Of a stretch of DNA of 64,000 nucleotides, positions 55,383 through 64,000 are shown one piece after another. The DNA lies in NCBI GenBank assembly GCA_051362555.1, contig CM120640.1, forward strand, positions 37,281,967 to 37,345,966. Reading direction: 5' to 3'. Every line of letters starts with the position of its first letter. Within the stretch, counting starts at the first letter, position 1. Origin of the DNA: Lingula anatina (taxonomy: Eukaryota; Animalia; Brachiopoda). A program made the translations under genes and the position numbers. The notes under the pieces are model-generated. The model saw only the letters and a program-made list of their open reading frames with translations, was not told the DNA's origin and searched no databases.

Positions 55383-58300
55383 TCATGCAACACTTAAATT
55401 TGTTTCTGCAGTGTCTGAAGATTCCATGCCAACTTCATTGCTATTCCTTAAGGTCTGGTATTCAGTGTCAACTTTGCTACGGTGTCTTGTTTTTTTCTTC
55501 TTTGACTTTCCTGGACTATGTATTGACTTTCCTGAAGCATCCTTGCTCTAGAAATGGATAATATTCTATTATTTAAAATTAAGGGACAAAAATTCTTGGA
55601 AATAATTAACTTCAATCTGTTATCTGATGGAACTTTTGTGGAACAGAAGAAATTGTGCTAAGTCAGATAAAATACCCTTTTCCACATATATATTTCACAA
55701 GCTAACACTTCCACATATAAAACATAAAATTTAAACCAGTACAAAGAAATGAAACTCAAATTAAGAAATATGGCAAATTATATTAGGAAACTGTGAGAAA
55801 AACCTCTTCACTGAATCAGTAGCCAATGTATAGGGAAACACATTCTTTGAAAAGTCAAAATTGATAACACCATCCTTATCTGAAGTCTTAATTCTACAAT
55901 TGTACTAAACCAGTGAAAACTAGAGGATCAGAGAGGCGATACCGCCTCCAAATATTGTACCACCAGCTGGAGCAAACGCATTCGTATAGACCCCCACATA
56001 CACAAAATAAGGGACACAGCCACCAGTTTTGTGCTTGACAAGCTGTAAAAATGCAATCAACAAGAATTTTTAAACTATTGCAAAAAATATATATGGTACA
56101 ATCAAATTTAAGTTCTTCGTAAGGTAGGTCAAGGGTCAATTTCAAGGTCACAGTAAATTGCCAGTATATGACTTCCTATTCAAGTTCAAGAGTAACTATG
56201 GACCTATCTCTGTCAAGTTTGAAGTTAAAAGAGAAAGAAATAAACAGAGTTCAGTTCATGATAAAAAGTAGGTCAAAGGTCAATTTCAAGGTCACACTTA
56301 GATTGCCAGTATAGGACTTCCTATTCAACTTCAATAGTAACTATGGACCTATCTCAGCCAGTTTTGGAGATAAAAGGGAAGCAAAATTTGCAAAATTCAG
56401 TTCATGGTGAAAAGTAGGTCAAAGGTCAATTTCAAGGTCACATTTAGATTGCCAGTATGTGACTTTCTATTCAAGTTCAATAGTAACTATGGACCTATCT
56501 CAGCCAGTTTTGGAGATAAAAGGGAAGAAAAGTTTGCAAAGTTCAGTTTATGGTGAAAAGTAGGACAAAGGTCAATTTTAAGGTCACATTTAGATTGCCA
56601 GTATATTACTTCCTATTCAAGTTCAATAGTAACTATGGACCTATCTCTGCCAGTTTTGGAGATAAAAGGGAAGCAAATTTTGCAAAGTTCAGTTTATGGT
56701 GAAAAGTAGGTCAAAGGTCAATTTCAAGGTCACATTTAGATTGCCAGTATATGACTTCCTATTCAAGTTCAATAGTAACTATGGACCTATCTCAGCCAGT
56801 TTTGGAGATAAAAGGAAAGCAAAATTTGCAAAATTCAGTTCATGGTGAAAAGTAGGTCAAAGGTCAATTTTAATGTCACATATAGATTGCCAGTATATGA
56901 CTTCCTATTCAAGTTCAATAGTAACTACGGACCTATCTCTGCCAGTTTTGGAGATAAAAGGAAAGCAAAATTTGCAAAATTCAGTTCATGGTGTAAAGTA
57001 GGTCAAAGGTCAATTTTAAGGTCACATTTAGATTGCCAGTATATGACTTCCTATTCAAGTTCAATAGTAACTATGGACCTATCTCTGCCAGTTTTGGAGA
57101 TAAAAGGGAAGAAAAATTTGCAAAGTTCAGTTCATGGTGAAAAGTAGGTCAAAGGTCAATTTCAAGGTCATAGTAAGATTGCCAGTATATGACTTCCTAT
57201 TCAACTTCAATAGTAACTATGGACCTATCTCTGCCAGTTTTGGAGATATAAGGGACTAGATGTTATAATTTTGGAGTTACCATAATGTGCCTTAAATTTC
57301 GTACAGAAAAAATTAATTAAAATAAAGAAAATGTCATTTTGGTCAAAATTCTTGAAATAGGAGGTGCTCTGAAGTTTCAGAAGTTCAAATTTGATGAAAT
57401 AATGTCATTTTTGAACACAGGTTGTCTGCTTTGCCAAGCCTTATGTTTTATTTTTCCAGAGTTCAAAATTTATTATCCATTACCGTACTGCACATTTTGC
57501 TTTTACCACCAATATGTACTTTTTGATACAGCGTAACTTGAAAACCGTATGGAATACAAAAAAACCGAGACCACCCCCAGTGTTGGGCTTTACATGCTCT
57601 ACAAAATGCAAAAAAGAATGGGTCTCTAGCATTAACGGTTCCCAAATTAGAGACAGTTTTCAGTTTCGGTATCTTATGGCCGCTACTCCCGTGAAAATGC
57701 ACCGATTGACCCCAAATTCATGGAGATGAAAGATGACCTGAAGGGTAACACTTTCCAATAATATTATTGGTTAAGTCTGTGTGGTGTCTGAATAACAGGG
57801 CAAAAAAATTTTTTTTCGTAAAAAATTTCATTTTTTTGAAAATTTTGGCCCATTTGACCTTGAAGTAGAGGTCAAAGGTCAAATCCAAGGGTATATTTGA
57901 AATCTACACATATGACTTTTGGAAAGCCGTCTATAGAAAATTTTCCCATAACTCCTTCCGTAGGGTAGATAATTAGCATTTAATTTTGCCATTTTTAGAC
58001 AAGGGTGCATTGCAATGAGTGCCACACCCAGACCCCAATACCGACAAAGCCCAAATTTTACGTGGAACAAGTTGAGATTATAGGTGACCTAAATCCATGA
58101 GATGGGTACGGGGGCCCTTACCGTCTAGGAGGAGAAGCGGTAACGGTAGCCGTCCGGCGGAGCCAACGGAGCCGGCGGAACGATCCGGACGGGACCGAAA
58201 CCATGTGTACCGCCAGCGCTAACGCTGGTGGTACAATAAATTTGTCCAACCATGCCCATGCATTCACAAGTGAAAGGAATGTAGCTAAAAAACTTACACA

Positions 58301-61300
58301 GTACTTACCCCAGATTCACTATTGTCACTAACATGTGTCTTTTCCCCTTGTTCCTGAGATGCTTCTATTGCAGCCTTTTCTGCCATTTTTCTCCTCCAAG
58401 CCACATCAATAACATCACACAGAGAATGGAATTTCTCAGTGTTGGCTTCCAAGGTTTTCTTTTGCTTGAACCACTATTAATATTATAATAAAAAGAAAGT
58501 GAATCACATTTGAAATTTATGTGGGTGAGCAACTGAAGCCAAAAATTAAGAAGAATAATTTGATTACAAGAGTTGATACCAGTACATGAAAGACATATTG
58601 TATAATGCCAGAAGTTCAAAAATGACATACATAAAATGTCAATTGTGTCAGAATATTGTTGAAATGTAATTATGACATCAAACAAAAAATTGAAACTGTA
58701 GCTAACAAACAAAATACAGAAGTATTTCTTTATGAAAATAAACCATAGAACAGAAAAAGAAAGTCCATACTTTTTTCACTACAATAATGCCCATGACCAA
58801 ATGAATGATGACTACGCTGCCAGTCAAAACACACACTGATATTAGATCAAACAACCTGGCTGTTGTCTCGGTCAACAAGGAGGCCACTGCATTCTGAACC
58901 CCCACCAGAAACTGTATTGTCATACAACTGATGACATAAATATCCTGCAGGAAAAAATTTAAAAAAAGTCAAAATGCTGATAATTTGAATATCTTGCACA
59001 ATAAAATATTTTTTCAGGTATGAACTGGTGTTTTTTATTTTTAATCTTTAAGTATGTTAAATGGAAGTTTGAGTTTAAAAAAAGCTTTTCCGTCTTAAAC
59101 TCATCGTGACAGACTCTCGATGTTATCAAAATACTAAAGTATCACTATTTATATCTAAACACTTAAGTTTTAATTGTTATAAAAAGGACTTTCAGAAAAA
59201 TGTGACTTTACAAATATACAAAGTATTTGAAATGTATAATCTCCAAATCTTACCAAGTATGTGAGGTAAGAGACAGCTGGTAGCTGTTGCGACACTACAA
59301 ACTTAAAGGCTACAGAGGTTAGAAGTAAGGTCAAGGTCACACCAAGCCTGTCGGCAGGAGCAGACGCCTCCACAGTGAATGAGGAAATGGTCAGCAACAT
59401 GATACAAAACTGAATGAAAAATATATATTGATGTTATAGCTTAAGTTACAGGGGTTGGAAAGAGGCAATGAGGAACATAAAAAATCACAAGTCAATGCTT
59501 AAATTTTTCATTGTTTGGCAAGCAATGTGAACAATCTATAAATACTGTATCTGCTTGGGCAACTTCATGTTTAGCAACAGGTCAATAAAGTTATATATTA
59601 AAATCAAACAAAACTGTTTTAATCTACTCAAAAATATGCTTTATTATAACTTAAAAATGCTTCACAATTGATATTTTACAAGTTTCTGTACTCACCATTA
59701 CCAAAATAACATTCCACATATAAAATCCTGGTTTTCGTTTGACTTGAAGTGTGATGTTGTACAGTGGATATTGGTTGTGAGCAGCTGATTTTTCCTTCCA
59801 AGGTGTGACTGGTTCACAGATCAGGTGTGGATATAGTTTCCATTCCTGCTGCCCTGGAGATAGAGGAATAAGTTGGTTACAAAACTGTGCCATCAGGTGA
59901 ATTCACAAGACAGTTTAACAAACAGTCAATGCGTAAAATTCAATTTATACATCTGTATGTTAAAACATCTATTTCAAAAGCACTTTGTTCATAGTTTATA
60001 TGTGAAGGTTGCTAGAATATTGTATTATTAATAGTATATTCACAGTGATCATTTCTACTGGAAATATCTTGGATTGACATGTATTTCTCTTGACATAAAC
60101 TGATTGATATAGTAATAAATATTGAATTAACATAATAATACAACAAACTGTGGTAATGGCAGGGATAATCCTGGGCCGCGCGATTGCGCCAAATGCGCGA
60201 GCCTTTTCTCAAAGGCGCAAGTAAAATTCTAACTTGCGCCATTTTGGCGTGTACAAATAGCAGATACTTTTTTTTCATAACAAAGATCTCCCGAGATAAT
60301 GATGTCGCTCGAAGTGCGCACAGCGATGTTGCGAGGGCTGACATGTGACCCGTTTCACAAAAATTTAAATGAAAAACACGTAATGCTCAAAACACTGAAA
60401 ACCGGCCGCGCACGGACCTCTGAGAACACCTAACTACACGAGTTGGGTAAACAAGTATGGCTTCTCAGTTCAGTTGGACCGCATGTTGAGTAATCGATAA
60501 GTGAAAAGGAGAAATATTCGTCTGTTTTTTTAGATGAGTGCTTTTAACTAAAATTCAACAGACTTTTTTTTGTAATTTTGCACCTTTAGCGGCGCTCCAT
60601 GTCCTTAAATGAGGGACAACATCGTTTTCAATATGGGAATTGCGCAATGGATGCACAGTCAGGATTTAAAACTGCCCATCATTATATCCACCTAAAGGAA
60701 CCAGCTTAGATATTGAAAAAAATTGCACTTTTTTGAGGTGGGGTGGAGGGACTGTGCAAGTGGAAATAAGCTGGGGGACAGTTGAAACTTGTCAGCAGTA
60801 AGCCTGAGCGGACAGGTGCCCTGAAAAATAAGCGTTAAGCCCTGCAGCAGTGTAATAGTCACAAATACTTAATGTATAAGTACATTAATCGATATGCCAA
60901 CTAATTTTAGTAACGTTATGTAGTTGCTTGCTAGATTTTTATGTAAATATAAATATATGTAAGACGGGTTTCTCTCAGCTAAGATCATTGCTTAATTGTT
61001 TTCAGGTTAGAAAAGAATGCAAATATTTTGAAAAATAAAAATTCTTTTCAGAGCAATGGCCTTTTTTCACAATAAAATGGGAATTATCAACCTTTTCCAT
61101 GCAGTGCTATTACTCAGCACAGTACAATGATTAATTTTTGGGACAGTACAATTGTTAATTTAGAAGATTTTTCCACCCACTACAATTATTTAGAACTCAA
61201 GAGTAATAGCATCAAGCATTTCTTTCAGTGTTTTTAATCATATAAAAATATTGAAATATAATGAATTTTCGCCAAATAATTCACGGCACACATTTTTTTA

Positions 61301-64000
61301 AAATGGCCCACTTTTTTTGACCAAGTGGGCCAAAATGGCCCAACCAGATTTTGACCCAGGAAGATCCCTGTAATGGTGAATATGAATATTGACTTTACAA
61401 AAAGAAATACTTAATTTTGCAAACCTGAAAACTGGTCTGTTCTTATTGCATCTTTAATGCTCATATCTTTCTCAAACTCTATTTGTTTGATGGGCCAATC
61501 TGATGACAATCGAATGGTTAGATCCTAGAAAGAATGAGAATATATTTGAAAAAAAGATCAAATTATTAAATTAAAAAAATTATATTTCCTACAACAGTAC
61601 ATTGAAATATTGTACAAATGTACACAAGTGCTGTGCTTTTTTGTTTTTGTTGTTACTTTCTTTTTTAAAGAAGATATGCCATCAAAGATAACATATTATT
61701 CATGATTTAATCATTTGGATAAAAAAATACAAATTTTCTCTTTGAGTATTCCTGATAAATCATACCCCTCACTGTGAGTGCTAGGGGAAACACACATGTG
61801 ATTTTGTTTTGTAAGAAAAAAGTAAAAAGAAACTGCATGGTTGCCTAAATGGACTATTGGCCTTAAGGCTGATTAATCAAAACAACTTGCATATCTTTGA
61901 TGATGCATTTTGTAAAAAAAAAAAAAAAGACTGGTTATTTAAACTAAATTACATCCTGGAATCATGCCATTCAGTTTCCTTCATTGCAATTTGCAAATGT
62001 CATGAAAGGACTGGCTCCATGCATTCTGGGTAGTGCATACATCACTAACTGACCTGATGACTTCTACTGACCTGATGATCAAATGGAAACTCATTCAATT
62101 CCAGATTTTCCTTCAAAGTAACAGTCATACGCATACCTGTAATGTAAAGAAAATATATATATTTTTATAATACCAAGGTATAAATGTAGTTCTCATTTCA
62201 CACAATTCAGTAAATTTTTATCAACAATGTGTGCTTAGTATCTCCATATATTACACCAATATTGCTTAAAACTGGTTGTGCTTAACTTTTCTGCTGTATT
62301 ACTTATTACAAATGTTAAAAGAAATATCACATAATGAATCCAATTAAAGTACTGAATGAACTCATTTACTTACTAAATCTGACCTCTGGTATGTCATCTG
62401 GTTCTTCATATACCAAGAAGTGTTTTATTGTCTTCTTCAGTACAGCAACCTCATTCAGTAAAGTTATCCTTGGGTCCCAGGCTTGTGACCAGTCCACCTC
62501 CTGAAGTAACATTAAAGGGATTAAAACTCTTTACATGAGATTCAAATTCTACAATTAATACATTGTAAACAACACAAGGAAATGTAAAAAAAAATTGCAT
62601 GGCAGTTAAATGTTCATCCCAGTATGGGCAGATGTTGGACCTTCATTGATTGTTACCCTCTATAATTATCTCTTAAGAGATTATTACTAAAACCAAACTC
62701 TTAAAAAAATCAATTTACTTTGAATGTCCAAAAACCAGGATTTATTAACCATTGGTAAGTATGGGGAAAATTGTCCTTTATGCCAGGAAAATTTGTCTTA
62801 TGGCACTCACCCCGCAAAAATGAAGAATTGTCATCCCTATAAGCTATTAATACAATATTTTCAATATTATATCAAAACTTGGGAAAACTGCCACAGTGAA
62901 CTGGCTTCTGCTCCATACTTAGCCTGCTGTACTTACTTCAGGTAAATGTGAAACAGAAATTAGGTACCACACCAGGGCAATCTTCAAAAACTTTTTGCAA
63001 TTAAAAAAGGCAATATCACTAACATTACATCTTACTACAAATAATTACACATTAACATTAACATTGCTATGTTACCTCCTGCTTCTTTCCTTTTAGTGTA
63101 GGTTCTTTCCATATTGCTCTCAAGTATATGTCCACTGTAAATTCCTGTTTCACATTGTCTATGTCACCCACGGCAATGATGATGACCCTGATGCCTACTT
63201 TTACCTGAATATAAAAAGCACACATAATTTTGTTAACATTGGAATTATTACACAGCTAATTCCTTGCTCTTTTTGTCCCACCCCATAAATTCCATCAGAT
63301 ACAGTACATCATACATATTTAACAACATAAAAATCAAATGAAGTGTGCTTAATAGTGCGTGTGTGTGCATGTGTGTGTGTATGTGTGAAATAAAGGTAAA
63401 ACAAAAAACTTAACTCTTTTGCAGTAATTTTCCCCCACCCTATAACTTTTATGTCAAAATTAAGTTATGTGGCGACTTTTCATCAATGTCTCTGCTATTC
63501 AAATGGATTAGTTTACTTACTAATTTTTGTGTATTTATTAAACATTCAAGCTCTTTGACCAATAGCATTACGGCAAATGGCCTCAGCTCTCATAATATCT
63601 GGATGGCATAAAGTTTCATATTTGAAAATTGTTAAATTAGTAAATTAATTGCCCTACCAATCTATTTGAAAAGGGGAGACATTGTGATAAGTCATCACAC
63701 AAATTAATTTAGAAAAGAGATAAAAATGAAAGAGTGGTGGTGGTGGAGAATTTTTTAAGTTTTACTTGATAGTTAGGACGTAGTTCCATGCGTTGTGGTT
63801 TTTTAAATAGTACAAAAGGAATGAAACTTCGGGCTACTAAATACGAATACTATGGCACTAAGCATGGATTGAAGGCCTACAGTGCATGTACATGTAACGG
63901 TACGTACCTTTTCACCACCAACATCTTCTCGCGAAAAATGGAATACTTCTTCCTGAGGTGTAGATTTGGTGTTACTTTGAATATCTTCTAGTAACTTTTC
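55383..64000 (-). CDS. Cys-less (Pro-loop) pentameric ligand-gated ion channel subunit, 5' end outside the window
   Basis: Frame-consistent GT-AG exons: >64000-63908 (EKLLEDIQ...GGEK), 63204-63076 (VKVGIRVIIIAVGDIDNVKQEFTVDIYLRAIWKEP), 62500-62374 (EVDWSQAWDPRITLLNE), 62136-62072 (MRMTVTLKENLELNEFPFDHQ), 61524-61425 (DLTIRLSS...), 59853-59696 (QQEW...VKRKPGFYMWNVILVM, M1), 59409-59254 (M1-M2, ADRLGVTLTLLLTSVAFKFVVSQQLPAVSYLTYL), 58944-58771 (DIYV, M3-M4), 58473-58309 and 55547-55383 (tail, TGA). About 443 aa are visible. Confidence 0.9.
55920..58237 (-). mobile_element. non-autonomous Helentron/Helitron2 element (HINE) with internal satellite array
   Basis: 14-bp subterminal inverted repeats ATTGTACCACCAGC (55954-55967) / GCTGGTGGTACAAT (58224-58237); 5' fold-back TGTACCGCCAGCG-ctaa-CGCTGGTGGTACA; 3' stem-loop GAGGCG-N4-CGCCTC (55933-55948); terminal CTAG (55920-55923); both ends in T runs without a TSD. 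Confidence 0.85.
56110..57255. repeat. tandem array, ~8 copies of a 146-bp monomer
   Basis: The GGTCAA anchor motif recurs at 56127, 56271, 56417, 56563 (as GGACAA), 56709, 56855, 57001 and 57147: period 146, first interval 144. Confidence 0.95.
60160..61370. mobile_element. 1.2-kb non-autonomous DNA transposon (CAGGG termini, 6-bp TSD)
   Basis: TIRs CAGGGATAATCCTGGG / CCCAGGAAGATCCCTG match at 14 of 16; TAATGG is duplicated at 60154-60159 and 61371-61376; no transposase ORF. Confidence 0.75.

Noticed and set aside
56110-57255. CRISPR-like appearance and the 101-aa ORF in the tandem array
   Set aside because: Whole monomers repeat with no unique spacers, no cas genes are present, and the context is eukaryotic.
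62054-62092. CTGATGA...GAAA resembling a hammerhead ribozyme core (also CTGATGA on the minus strand near 9291-9297)
   Set aside because: No stem II or flanking stems can be formed.

Overview
AT-rich DNA from an invertebrate bilaterian, probably a lophotrochozoan such as a mollusc (species not determinable), with spliceosomal genes. From left to right: (1) a two-exon DMRTA/Dmrt4-5/Dmrt99B transcription factor gene on the minus strand; (2) a ~32 kb stretch with no recognisable protein gene, containing the mir-9/mir-79 hairpin, probable exons of its non-coding host transcript, MITEs and a probable solo LTR; (3) six-exon methylmalonyl-CoA epimerase (MCEE); (4) a membrane-anchored chitin-deacetylase-like protein that has lost most catalytic residues; (5) a class II aldolase with an intronless CDS, bacterial-type motifs and a possible mitochondrial presequence; (6) a minus-strand Cys-less (Pro-loop) pentameric ligand-gated channel gene running off the right edge, whose last intron holds a non-autonomous Helentron with a 146-bp satellite array. 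Exon boundaries were read by eye from GT-AG signals and frame continuity. No database searches or folding computations were run.
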